From positions 1 through 64,000 of the forward strand of contig NGBS01000293.1 in NCBI GenBank assembly GCA_002245135.1: 64,000 nucleotides of DNA, written 5' to 3'. Below the pieces are notes generated by a model, which saw nothing but the letters and a program-made list of their open reading frames with translations, searched no databases and was not told the origin of the DNA. This DNA is from Proteromonas lacertae (Eukaryota). The translations under genes were made by a program, and so were the position numbers. This document shows, piece after piece, positions 12,114-25,521 of the stretch. The stretch's first letter is position 1. Each line of letters opens with the position of its first letter.

Positions 12114-14453
12114 ATGAATTTAAACTCGAAAATAAAGAAATGTGTCTATTTAAATAGTGAAGGATATGTAATAAAAGCGATACCATACATTAAGGAGATA
12201 TACTCGCAACTTAATGATGTTGTATTGTTGTCTATTATTAGTTTATAGTCTAAAATCATTCAGAAACTATCAAATACAAATATATTAAAATATGAAGAAA
12301 TAACAGAATGTGACGGAGTAATTAGGTGTAAATCTGATTTCTACACCCCTCTCACTAATATTCACCCTTATACCCTAAGTAGAATAGATATTAGTATGGA
12401 TTGGATAATACAAATAGGAAATGCATTACAACACCTCCACAATTCAGGATTATATCATTATAACCTGAAAGCAAGTAATATATTAGTTGATAATAATGGG
12501 TATTTAATGTTAAGTGATTATTACAAAAGTGAAATACCTTCATCATATAAATCAATTACTTTTTTACCAATTGAGTATATAATAGGTAAGAAATATACTA
12601 AAGAATCAGATGTATATTCATACGGTTGTTTAATGTATTTTATATTAACAGGAGAAGCACCATTTACTTCAAAATCAATAAAAGAATTAATAAAAATGAA
12701 AAAATTCAAAATTTATAATCGTTTGGATGATAATTATCCTCCAATGTTGAAATTAATTATTGATGCATGTTTAAATAATGATCCAAAGAATCGTCTCTCA
12801 ATTGAATCTGTATTGTATAATTTACAACACATTAATTCGAAATCTATCAAGCCTGTCAAACTTAGGGATGAAAATACATGCAAAGGATGTGAATGTAAAT
12901 TTGCTATGGAATGTGATAGTTATAAGATGAAACATACAATAGATAAGAGATTATTATACAATTTTTATAGAGAAAATAATACACTTACTTTACTTCCTAT
13001 TTTAGACTTTTTGTTAGATAATTACAGTGAAAAATTGGAGTTATTATTACTTATTTCTTATGATAATCCATTATACAAGTATTTACCATTAATAGAGAAA
13101 AACAAGAAGTTTAGAATTAGATGTGATGTTGATGATATAAATAGAATTAAAGAAAATTATTATTTCATAAAAAATTTAAAAAATTATGATGTATTGATAA
13201 TGGAATTGCATTTCAATATTTCTACATTAAATTTCTTAAAAGGATTAATAGAATTACCAGTAGATCGAGAAAGAATAATACATATAGTATTATACTATGA
13301 AGATTTTATTTACGACTATGTTAAACCAATAATACAATGTTTAAATGATTTATTATGTAATAAAGAAATAATAATTACATTAGATACTAGTAAAGTGAAT
13401 GATATATTTACTGCAAGTTATTATTTGCAGATGACTGTGAATGTAATTAACAATTTTAAATCAATACATCAGATATATTTCAATGGTAGTAACAGTTCAT
13501 ATTTTGTTAATGTTATATCCAATAATATGGATTTGATTAAAGATATTCATGTATTAAGCATCAATGGAAGTTGCATTGAATGTTTTGATAAAATTGATCC
13601 AATAGTTACGTTATCTTCCAATATTACATTATTCAATAATTTACATCAATTGTCTTTTTCGTGTATTTATCTATTATTCTATTTATTATTATTTTATATA
13701 GTTAGATGTAGTAAGATATTTATGTACAATTTGTTACAATTAATACTTGATTTGAAGTTTTTAAGGTGTTTAAATATGACAGGTAAATATTCTTATCAGT
13801 TTTTATATACATATAATAATTATAGATTGTAGTTTTACTCATAAAGCCTTAGACGTATTATGTGAATATGAGAGTAATTTGAATCACTTGGATGAATTGA
13901 TATTACAAGGGAATTTTGTTGATAAAAAGCATGTTAATGAATTTACAAGAAATATTAACTCATTATCAAATCTAAAATCATTGTGTTTAAGAAGATTTAA
14001 TCGTTTTAAATCAAAAGGATTTTTTGTTTTGAATATGAATAAATTTAATAGTTTGATTTCATTGGATGTTAGTCGTAATGGTTTAGACCAATATGAACAA
14101 TCTATTTTATATAGTAATTTCAAATATATGCCATCTTTATTGAAGTTGGATTTATCATGTATATTTGCAATATTGAATATAATGTTGTAATAGATAATGA
14201 AATTAAACAAAAAACAATGAAATATTTGTGTAGCACAATAATACTATTATCGAAGTTAGAGTATCTGGATATTTGTAAGATGGATATTACTGATAAAATG
14301 ATAAAATTCCTTAAACCATCTCTTTTACAGCTCAAAAGATTGAAATATTTGGATATGAGAAAAAATAAGGTTGGTAAGAAACTGCTCGTTGATGTACAAA
14401 AAATAAAAGTTTATCTTACTGAATTAATAAGGTTTTATACTAATGATATATAA
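12114..14453 (+). CDS. Protein kinase-like (probable pseudokinase) domain plus C-terminal LRRs
   Basis: Catalytic loop reads HYNLKASN (HRD Asp replaced by Asn). DYY in place of DFG. SDVYSYG and DPKNR motifs present. C-terminal LRRs such as LISLDVSRNGL and LKYLDMRKNKVG. Short introns. Confidence 0.8.
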
Positions 14454-14742
14454 TTACAACAGAGGTTGTTGATAATTATAACACTTAAACATTAAAACCT
14501 ACTGTGTTCGTTTATTTGTTTTGTATATTTATACAGAATATAATGATATGTATTATAATAAAACATTTAAAATCATGTTTTACATAAATACACATGATAT
14601 AATCTTTTGTAATTGAAAGTCAAAATTTACATTTTTTCTGACATTTTTTGTATTTTTCTCAAAGTGTGAAAATATATAAATAAAACACACACAATTGCCA
14701 TTATTTAGTATATTTACTTATAAATATCTCATATTGGTGTTA

Positions 14743-16254
14743 ATGTCTTCTGGATTGTGTAATAAGAAGACTTCAGGTAGTTCTTCATCCTCAGCTCGTG
14801 GACAAGTAATTAAATCCGCTTTAGGAATGCATAGTTCTCCAGCCAAATTCTCTAATTTCCCACATCTTCAAGGAAAGTCATCCAAGGGGAAAGCAATACT
14901 AAATCAATTGTATGGAGGTTGTAATCCAGGAAATTCAGTATGTTGTGACGATATTAGTGAAGTTTCAAAATCTTTTAATGGTTTTGATATATCTCAAAAT
15001 CATTCTTCTAGACGTAGTTATGGTCCTATGTCTAAATCCAATATAACATTAAACAGTCACAGTTCAAATAATTTAAGTGATTCTAGTTTATTATTTCACA
15101 AAAACAACATGAAAGCACCTCCTATTCCTTTTATATCATATCCTAATCCAATAGATCAACCGAAAACTAAAACAAATGTACAACAAAAGAATACTTTATT
15201 ATCAGTAGTAAATGATAAACCGTTTTCATTATTTTCATCTGCACAAAATAGTAAAACAGAAGCGCTTATGTTCTCTAACAAAGTAAATGCTAACTCATCT
15301 GAACTACCAAAGAATGCTGAAAAGACAATGAAATTTGATGATATATTATCATCAAATGTAGTAGTTCCAATGTTTGAAACTAATAGAAAAGTGGATGAAA
15401 ATTATGATCAACAGCAACAACAACAACCAAAGATTAGTTTAGCTGATGTATTATCTGATAAAAGCAAACCTCTATCAATATTCAATGAAACTGAATCAAT
15501 AAATGCAAATCAACAACAACCTCTCCTTTCTATTCCTCCTCCTCTTCCTCTACAACAACAACAGCAGCAACAACAACAACAACCAAAGATTAGTTTAGCT
15601 GATGTATTATCTGATAAAAGCAAACCTCTATCAATATTCAATGAAACTGAATCAATAAATGCAAATCAACAACAACCTCTCCTTTCTATTCCTCCTCCTC
15701 TTCCTCTACAACAACAACAGCAGCAACAACAACAACAACCAAAGATTAGTTTAGCTGATGTATTATCTGATAAAAGCAAACCTCTATCAATATTCAATGA
15801 AACTGAATCAATAAATGCAAATCAACAACAACCTCTCCTTTCTATTCCTCCTCCTCTTCCTCTACAACAACAACAGCAGCAACAACAACAACAACCAAAG
15901 ATTAGTTTAGCTGATGTATTATCTGATAAAAGCAAACCTCTATCAATATTCAATGAAACTGAAGCAAATGAAAGAAATTTAAATCAACATGTTGTTTTAT
16001 CTCCGCCTTTGCCACATCCACCGCCATTGTCACAAATACAACTGCAAGATCTACAACAACAACTAGAAGAAAAACAAGATAAACATAAATTATCAGAATC
16101 AACAGAATATTTGATGGTTAATCCAACATCTACTTCAACAGCACTGCCCAATAATTATCCACCACCTGTTTCAGTTACTCCTAAGATGAAACAAGATATT
16201 GAAAAATATAATTATTTATTTGATAAGTTTTATAAAATAACTAACCAAAAGTGA
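14743..16254 (+). CDS. Low-complexity Ser/Gln/Pro-rich hypothetical protein with internal tandem repeats
   Basis: Single long ORF from ATG 14743 to TGA 16254. No recognisable folded domain. Confidence 0.65.
   Translation: MSSGLCNKKTSGSSSSSARGQVIKSALGMHSSPAKFSNFPHLQGKSSKGKAILNQLYGGCNPGNSVCCDDISEVSKSFNGFDISQNHSSRRSYGPMSKSNITLNSHSSNNLSDSSLLFHKNNMKAPPIPFISYPNPIDQPKTKTNVQQKNTLLSVVNDKPFSLFSSAQNSKTEALMFSNKVNANSSELPKNAEKTMKFDDILSSNVVVPMFETNRKVDENYDQQQQQQPKISLADVLSDKSKPLSIFNETESINANQQQPLLSIPPPLPLQQQQQQQQQQPKISLADVLSDKSKPLSIFNETESINANQQQPLLSIPPPLPLQQQQQQQQQQPKISLADVLSDKSKPLSIFNETESINANQQQPLLSIPPPLPLQQQQQQQQQQPKISLADVLSDKSKPLSIFNETEANERNLNQHVVLSPPLPHPPPLSQIQLQDLQQQLEEKQDKHKLSESTEYLMVNPTSTSTALPNNYPPPVSVTPKMKQDIEKYNYLFDKFYKITNQK
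15409..15963 (+). repeat. Coding tandem repeat, 156-nt (52-aa) unit, about 3.5 copies
   Basis: ccaaagattagtttagctgatg recurs at 15427, 15583, 15739 and 15895. Unit is PKISLADVLSDKSKPLSIFNETESINANQQQPLLSIPPPLPL followed by poly-Q. Confidence 0.95.
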
Positions 16255-16358
16255 TTATTTATTGATTATATTTATATCTAATGATTTGTTTCGTATATTT
16301 GAGTTTCAAAATTATATTCGTTTCAGTCCTTGAATTTAAAATTCAAATTTCTATTTTG

Positions 16359-19300
16359 ATGTATAAAGCAGATAATTTACACGATGATCAACAAGATGAA
16401 ACTATAGATATCCTTAATAACTCAATGGGTATAATTTTTGTTAATTTTGTTATAGAGTTATTTCAATCTGTACAGGACAAGATTAAAGGAATTAAAAAAC
16501 AATTTATTGATTTAAATTTACATAGTGATGACGAAAATTTTCCCATTTTCAACCAGAATAGAAGCAGTAATATTCTTACTACTACTTCCTCAATTGAAAC
16601 TCCATACATCAAAAATATATCATCTAATTACAATATAATCCATGAAACTACCAAATCTGGATGTTCAACAACAACTTCTCAAATTAAGTCTTTTTCAATT
16701 CCTACTAATTCAATTTCATCCTATGAAAATATGAAATTAGATCATATACTCTATAGTAATCCATATCCAGCTCCAAGTTACAGAAATTTACACAATCAGC
16801 TGAAATTACTGAAGATTTTTCAAAAATGGAGAAAGTTCATTAAAACTCAAAATCTAATTCGTAATATATTGAAGTATATATAATATAATAAATATAAATA
16901 ACAATAATAGAGAATGGAAGTATTATGTACAACATTATAAAACATACTTACAATTTCAAATCCAATACACAAAAATAATGAATAATCATTTAATAAGAAA
17001 GTGTTTTATGAAAATAAAAAGCAATGTAATACGATACAATAATATTAATAATATAATAAATGAAAGAAATAGTATGAAAATGATAAAATTAATGATAAAT
17101 ATAATGAGAGAATGGAGTAATTATTCACATTACCAATCAGTATAAATAATCTATTTTTATTTTATTTTTTATATTATTATGTATTATTTATATATATATT
17201 ATAGATGCTAATATCATTGTCATTATCATTTACATTGTATAGATATCAACGAATGATACACTCAATGTTTGTAGAGTGGTATGATTTGTTTAAATATCAA
17301 AGAAAGATAAGAAAATATGTTAATAGATGGAAAGGAATAACAAAGTTGAAGAGATATGTAATTAAATACAGAAAACAGTTTATGTTTACTCAGTGGAAAG
17401 AATGGTATAATACACAGATAGGAAATCTGATTATAAAAGAAAAAAGATTCGTTACAAAGAAGTATTTTAAGGTTTGGAAAATACAACATCAAAAGAATAA
17501 GTTAGTGAATGTTATTATGAGAATATATTATAAACATATGATGAAGAAATCATTTAGAATATTATGTTTCGAATGGAAATATAAACAATTTATAGAATTT
17601 AAAAAATTACATGTATTTAAGACTTGGAAAATAATCTATACAAATACAACAAAAATAAAACAACTACAAGAGAATAGAGATTGCAACTATCTCAAACAAG
17701 GAATAATTGGCTTTAAAATCAACAAAATGATTAATTATCATTTAAAGTCAAAGATGTTTAATAATTGGGTTGATTATCATGAACATAATAGAATAAAAAT
17801 AGATAACTATACAAAAATAGATCAATTTCATCAGAAATATCAATTAATACATTCAATTTGTCAATGGAAGTATTACTTAGAGTCAAAAAAGACATATAAA
17901 AGAATAGTATAGATATTATTATTATTACTGTAATTATTCTATAGTTGATTGATTCTTATCAATGTTATACAATTTCGCTTACAAAGAAAGCCATTAGATA
18001 TTTATATCAGAATAAGCAATATAGAAAATACACTAAAGAATTGAATCATAAAGCAGATAAACAATTTAGACAGTTTAAAATGGTAGAATATCTCAAGTAT
18101 TGGAATAGAATAGTTAGATTTAAGAATTTTGTTGATTATTTAGTGAAATGGTATAAAGGAATAATGGAAATATTAGAAAATGATGAAATAAAGAACAATT
18201 CTAATCTCAAAATTAGTATATATTTTCTATTTTTATTGTATGTATATAATATATAGAGTATTTTAGTAATTGGAAAAGTTATTTAAAAGAAGTAAAATCA
18301 GAAAAAGAAAATGAAAAAATAGCACTTCATCACTATCAACATCTTTTATGTAAATATTTATATCAAGTCTTCTATGTTAACTGGAAAATGCAATTAGCTT
18401 TAATGTATAAACTCTTCTTATATATATTATAGTTATAAAGCTGATGATATAAGCAATAAATACATACTAAAAAGATACTTCAAAGTATGGTATAAAGATT
18501 ACTATAAGCCAATAAAAAGAGATAGAGAAGTAGTGAAAATAATGTATCAAAAAGCAAAAGATAATTTCAAAAGAATAATTAAAAGTAGAGGAACAAGTAT
18601 ATATATATATATATATATAATAGAATTTATTTTTATCATTTTAGAAGTGTTTTATAAATGGAAAGATCTGACAGTTTGCCATAGATTATTTAAAACATGG
18701 AGAAATAATATAATGGATAGTTTATTGAAAGAAAAAGAATTGATGGAGAGAAGTAATCAATTTAAAGAGATACAGAATGAAATAAGAGTAAGATATGCAG
18801 TTGATGTATATATATAACAATTATCTAATTATCTAATTATGTATAGAAGCTAAGGAATTATAGAGATAGAAACCCAGATTATGAGTATAACAATGAAGTA
18901 GCAGATGATTTCCATAAGAAATATACATGCCATATCATAATCAAGAAATTACTTAGAAATATTCATCCCAAATACATACATATTGTTAATTACAACAAAC
19001 AGTTTTGGTATAAAGTATGCTTTTACAAATGGAGAAAATATGTTTATGATAGTATATAATATATTCATTATTATTTATCATATAGAATATCATTCTAATC
19101 AAGTATTAACAAGTTTAAGTGAATTGACACAATCTAAAATACCTTTTGTTACAAGTGATAATCAATCTACAATAACAGTATCAAGTTATTCATCAAAAGA
19201 ATGTAATGAAATTAATATTAGAAAGGATCTGTTCAATGATACAAAACATAAACAATCAAAATACCTGCCTCCTTCTCATCCAGTAATATTACAGAAAAAA

Positions 19301-20924
19301 CGACAACATCAAATTTCTTCCTCTTCATCATCATCATCTTCTTCTCCCTCTTTATCTCCTGCTTATAGACCTTCAATAATAACACCACAGTCAACACAAA
19401 ATGAAGAAACAAATGAATCAAATACTCATCTACAATCATCTAAATCAAATACAAAGTCTAAGGCAAAACCAAAACATTCACCAACAAAAAGAACTTCAGT
19501 GAGTAAAAAGAAATCACATTTAACTTCTACAACAACATCAACACCAATGTCATTATCAACAGTAAAATCAAAGAATTCAAACAGATCAAAATCATCCAAA
19601 AAACGATCATCTTCTTCAACTGTAACTGTCAATACTTCTTCACCTTTTCATTTACTATCTGATAGTTCATACAGTGAAGAATCAAGCAATCAATCAAGCC
19701 TTGAAGAATCAACATCCTATAATGAACCAACACAATCAATCCGTCAATTATCAGCTACAATTGTTACTCCTAAAATAGCTCCTCCAGTTTTAGACAAATC
19801 AGAAAAAACAATTAATCACAGTAATATTGATATAAAAGATATAGAAACAATTCATTCACTATTTCCATTACCACCACCACTTCTTCAACAACAGCAACAG
19901 TTGTCTACAACACTTCCTTCACAATCAATATCAATGTCATATTCAACTAGAAGTGAATCTAATTGCAGTTATTATTATGAATATTGTAAAGAATTAGCTA
20001 ATTATTATCAAATTTCACCCAATATTAAATATTTATACATATTTGAAGAATCAATTGAATATTTTAATTATAATAAAATATGTTTCGGTGATTACTATAT
20101 AATATTAAGAGAAAGTCATTTGTTATTAGATTCTTTCCAGCTAAAAGATGCAGAAATACTATTCAATGAAATAACAAGATGTTATAATACAAAAAGAGAG
20201 ATGAATTATGGTTTGTTGATGTTTTCTTTTCACTTTATCGCTGCAGAAAGAGATTGTGATGTTGAAGAAATATTTAGTGCAATTAGTCGATTATCAACTT
20301 TAAAACCATACTCATACAATTGTTCACTAGATTCATTGAGATTGATGTATAGTTATCAATTACTATACAGTTTATATGAACATTACAGCGATTCTTATGA
20401 TAATAAATATCGTCCAATAGTATTGAAGAATAAAACATTTGTATATATATTCCTTATTATCTATTTAATAGTGTCAATTATGTATAAAAATGAAATTATG
20501 TACAAGAATAACACCTTCTCAATTATATTTACTTTATCGTAGATTTGTTAGTGATGTTAAAGTAGGAATGAATTATCCTGAGTTTATTGAAACATTACTT
20601 GCAATTAGTGAATTGTTATATCCTAACATTATGACTTTGAAAGAGAAATGTGAAAGATTAATGAATGAAATAATAACGCCTTATCTTAAAGGAATGAAAA
20701 TAGAAGAAATATCATCATCTTATTCTACTTCTATGTCTTTACCAATATCACAAAATTTATCTTCTTCATTCAAAAAACAATCAATAAAAAAGGAATTAGA
20801 GATAAAAGTAATAAAACATAAAAATCCAAATGATAAATCATCAAAACTATACAAGTACTTGAGTCCTAAAGATGTTGATAGAAAAATAAAAGAGAAAATA
20901 AGTAAAATAAAGAATTTTAAGTAA
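16359..20924 (+). CDS. Sfi1-repeat (centrin-binding) protein with Ser-rich linker and two C-terminal p25alpha/TPPP-like domains
   Basis: Many FxxWK/R repeats. ADDISNKYILKRYFKVW (18440-18490) fits the Sfi1 consensus A-x7-LL-x3-F-x2-W, and ADKQFRQFKMVEYLKYW has the same spacing. Exons splice in frame into the 18983 ORF and, via intron 20441-20471, into LKNKTFCQLCIKMKL...MNYPEFIETLLAIS. Confidence 0.7.
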
Positions 20925-21021
20925 ATTTGGAATTGTTTTTCTTTTTAGTTATAACAAAACACAAATATAAACCACAAACCTTTTTATATAAAATAAATTC
21001 TAAATTCATAATACTTTTTCT

Positions 21022-22821
21022 TTATTGTTGTTGTGGTGGTTGAAAAAATGGAGGTTGTTGTAATGGAGGTTGTTGTTGTTGTTGTTGTTGATCAATTACA
21101 GGAATAGGTAAGTTATTATCTGGTTGTACTGGTGTAAATGGTGGTGGTGGTATAAATCCTGGTTGTTGAGGTGGTTGTGCATCTCCTGATTGTGGTATAA
21201 ATGGTGGTGGTTGGTTATTTGGTGGTGATTGTGGTGGAATATATCCCATTGGTTGATTTGGTACATATACACTTCCACCAGGATAGATATATCCAGAAGG
21301 CATACCAGGAACTGCACCAGGCATTGCACCAGATACTGGATTAAATGGCATGTTTTGAGCTGTCATTGGAACACATTGACATATATATTCCCAAAATTGT
21401 TGATCTTCAACTATATTCAAATTTAACAATCCTTCTAAACATTGAAAATCATTTGCATAACATACCTGCTTTAATCTTTCACACATTGTAACAGCATCTT
21501 GTTCTTTTAATACACCATAATATTGCAATATTGTTACTAATTTTGCACTTCCTAACTTATCTCTTAATGCTTCTGCATCTACACAAATATAAAAATAATT
21601 GATTAAATACATTTCATTGAAAACAGTAAAAAACATTCTAATACATTGTTTTCTGTATAATTCAATTGATGATCTTTAGTTACTTTATCATATAAAATTA
21701 TAAGTCTAGTAAAACTGTCAATAAAATCTTGTGGTTCTTTGAATGGTTCTTCAATTTGACATTCTAATAAAATAGTCAAACAATTAATAAATGTTTTATC
21801 ATTCGTTTCTTTATCTGTTACAATTGGTAATATAAGATCAACTAGATTTCCTATTTTCTGTAATGTCTCTTTCATATTCTCAGGTAAATGAAAAGCATTT
21901 TTATCACTGTTATATAATTCAATCAAACAATTATTAATACTATCAGTAGAACTTGGTTCTATTCAAATTACATTATATATATAATATACTAAAATAAACT
22001 CTATTTACTCTTGTAGATTCATCAGTATCTTCATACAATCTTAAGCGATATAATTCACGAATACAATCATCTCCATAATGTATATATTTTATTATATTCT
22101 TTATATTCTCTGTAAATTCTTCAGCTTCATCACCTGAATATCTTTTTCTCATTTCATTATAATATTGTAGAATTCTGTCCAACAAATACTTTTCTGATGG
22201 AATGATCATATTTTCGATTTGACAGATATAATACAATTCTTGAACAGATAATAGATAAATATGATCTAAAACAATAAAACAAATGATTATACTGTTGTCA
22301 AAATATATATGACCATGTTGTACTAAATATTCTACCATTTTTTCTTCTACTCTATCAACGTTTGTTAATATCTCAAGATTCTTCAGGAATTGAGTAACAA
22401 TTTGTTCATTGATATTAGCAATAATAAATCTACAATTAAAAATCATGATTATACTCTGAGGTTTTACTACTAAGTATATCTATTTGGAGTACAACTGCTG
22501 CAACTAGTAATTCTATACAATTTGCTACAGAAATATCAACTTTTGCTCCACCTAATAATCTCATACATTGTTCAAATGCAGCAGGTGATACTCTTTCAAT
22601 CATAATTTGATTACTACCATTAGATGAGTCAATCATGGCTTTTAAATATGAGTTAGTGAATGGATATAAATTCTCTATTTCCTTTAAATATCTTCCCATT
22701 AACAATAAACTCGACATTACCATAACCATTGTTTATTAACTCATATATATATCTAATACATTAGCAATAAGTAATAATACCCATTTATAGGTCTATCAAT
22801 TACAACATAACTATCAGACAT
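21022..22821 (-). CDS. BTB/POZ(-BACK) domain protein with Pro/Gln-rich C-terminus
   Basis: GNVEFIVNGKIFKGNREFI...SYLKAMID...VSPAAFEQCMRLL...NCIELLVAAVVLQI. Short introns. One apparent +1 frameshift near 22655. Confidence 0.75.
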
Positions 22822-23060
22822 CTATAAAAGAAGAAATTTTAAAAAATGTGAAAAAATCTTCAATTCTATTTTGACAAAATTACTTATTTACATATCACTT
22901 TTTACACCACTGCTACATTGATTAACTCAAAATAAAAACATTATTTATGCTTAGAATATGCTAATTCATATTTCATTTATCAATAACAACATATTCAATA
23001 AATTAAAAACGAAATTTACATTAACTATCAACTAATTTCTTTATCCATATTCATTACATA

Positions 23061-23528
23061 TCATTCATTAAGATCTAATTTATTCATACAAGCGATATTA
23101 TCATTTTTGTTACTTAAAAGTGTTGGAGTAGCAGCAATTCTAGAAGTGAAACCAGCTATATTATCTGAGTTAGATCTTTTGGGTGGATTAAAGCGTATAG
23201 GAGAAGAATATTTTCTCATAACACTAGAATTCGACATTTGATTAACTGATTGAGTAGATATTGGACTGACATTCTTTTCTAATGATTCTTTCTTTCTGTG
23301 AAGTTTGCATGAGTTTAATATATGTCTAAACAAATAAAATTGAGAAAAATACCCTTCTGGAGTAAGTTCTGAATTTTCAATCTTATAGTGATGATTTCCT
23401 AATGCACATAAAACATAAATTCCCTTTTCATTGACTTTCCAATCAATACCAGAGGAAAGTAATTCTTGTGCAGTTAGTTGAGTGTGTTGAAGCAACTTAT
23501 CTAGCAGTGTCACAACTTTTAATGACAT
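23061..23528 (-). CDS. Small hypothetical protein, paralog of 29050-29452
   Basis: Shares DWKV..KG.Y.LC..G.HHY...EG...SCK.HR with the paralog. Probable in-frame 27-nt intron at 23326-23352. Confidence 0.7.
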   Translation of the reverse strand: MSLKVVTLLDKLLQHTQLTAQELLSSGIDWKVNEKGIYVLCALGNHHYKIENSELTPEGYFSQFYLFRHILNSCKLHRKKESLEKNVSPISTQSVNQMSNSSVMRKYSSPIRFNPPKRSNSDNIAGFTSRIAATPTLLSNKNDNIACMNKLDLNE

Positions 23529-23639
23529 ATTGAAGCTTTATAAATGAGATATGATAAAAAGAAAAAAACAAACGATTATGACACACTAATGTAAATTACA
23601 TGTCAGATATTTAAAAACCTTAAAAACACTCAAATCAAA

Positions 23640-25017
23640 TTAATACATCTGTTTAGATAAATTAACCAACAGATTCACATAATTTGGATATAATTTCATA
23701 ATATTAAATGAAGTGATTAATCCATTCAATAAATGAATATTTTTTGGTTTAATAATTCTTTGTAACATATTAATAGCATCACATTGAATAACTTCTGGAT
23801 ATTGAAATATCATTATGACATTATCTCCTAATACATTTACCATTTCATCACAATAACTATTTTGTAAAAATAATGTAAAACAGAAGTAAAGGTGATTCAT
23901 GCATATATTATTTGGTTTATTATTATAAACATATTTCAATCTATCAAATACTACTACTTCTATATTATTGATCACTTTTAGTTTTAATTCAATTGAAAAA
24001 CTTAACGCTAATAAATATATTTTATCATCTACATGTTCTTTATCCAGTTTTAATAATGAAACTATATTGTTATGAGTAGAACTATCTTTTGATAAAATAT
24101 TGAAGTCTTCTTCTATTCATTATTACTTATACAATAATTATACTTGATAAATGATATTTATCTTTATTCTCAGTTCCACACATATTAATCAATATCTTGT
24201 CGATTGAATTGTAATATGGTTCTAAAATAAAAAGTGAATATATATATATATATATATATATTATACGATAAACTATTCTTGGAATTATTATATTCATATT
24301 TGAAACATTATTATAAACTTCATTCCATATTCCCTTCAATTTTAATTCTTTTTCATATTCAGTATAACTCACATATTTGTAAAATGAACATACATCATTA
24401 ATTCTATCACTATGATAATCATAATATTCAAGTATTTTTCTATTTATAAAATCTTTGTCTTTTACAACTAAATAATCTATTTGAATTAGGTAACTGAATA
24501 TTATTGGTGAAATATTTCCAGATAATTCATTAGAACCATAAAGAGATAGATAATCTTCCATACAATCAATAATTTGATAAATGTTGGTTGTAATTTCTAA
24601 ATAATTTAAGTATGGTTTAACATACTCTTGACGTACATTGGATAAAATATGATTAGTACATTCTTCAACTACAATATTCACATTCAACACAAATGAAGCA
24701 ATCAATACATTCATAACATTGTTATCGTTAATGTCTAATTTTGAATAACCTAAATACTTCAATAAAACACGAAGTCCATCGATAGGTATTCTTTTAGTCA
24801 GCTTAAATATTCCGTTCTCTTCTATCAATATATTCATTATTTGTGGACAAAGAGTATGTAAGAATTCATAATTTACTAATAATTGCTGATTATCACATGA
24901 AATCACCTTTTTATGTTGACAATCATAATAATTAAATAAAATTATACTATATGAATAATAAAAATATATATACCCATCCTCTGGTATTTTTTGTTGAAGA
25001 GTAGTTCTAGAAGCCAT
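23640..25017 (-). CDS. BTB/POZ(-BACK) domain protein, divergent paralog of 21022-22821
   Basis: IPIDGLRVLLKYLGYSKLDINDNNVMNVLIASFVLNVNIVVEEC resembles the BTB C-terminal helices. Exons join in frame to the stop at 23640. Confidence 0.72.
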
Positions 25018-25521
25018 TGATTATGAATATTAGTTGTTTTTACATACAAAACATAAATAAATAATATGAAAATGAATATATTTATATGTTTTAAAATAGA
25101 AGTATTTAACACAATGTCAATATTATTGTCGTACAAACATAATATCAGCATTTAATCTAACTTAAAAAAGTATAATTAATATTATTAAGCTACTAAAAAT
25201 ATAGTAGCGATATTTACTCTCTATATATCGTATTTATATATCATATTAACTACTTATAATGAAAATTAGCAACACTTTAAAATACACACATACAATTCAT
25301 AAATAAAGTATATCACTAAATAACTTTTTCTTTTTTTAATGTTAACGACTTCTACTTCTCAGAAATATCACACTATTGAGTTAATCAATACTTTATTAAC
25401 TCGTTTATCATTAACGATCACATTTAAAAACAGTTCAAGAAGTATTTATATATCACAATGTTGTATGCATGAAGTTATAACATTCAAACCATTCAAGCTT
25501 TGAAAGATATTATTTTGAGTA

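Noticed and set aside
14695..20924. A single gene spanning the repeat protein and the Sfi1 protein
   Set aside because: A stop at 16254 is followed by a T-rich spacer and a fresh ATG at 16359 with its own intron pattern, so two genes is more parsimonious.
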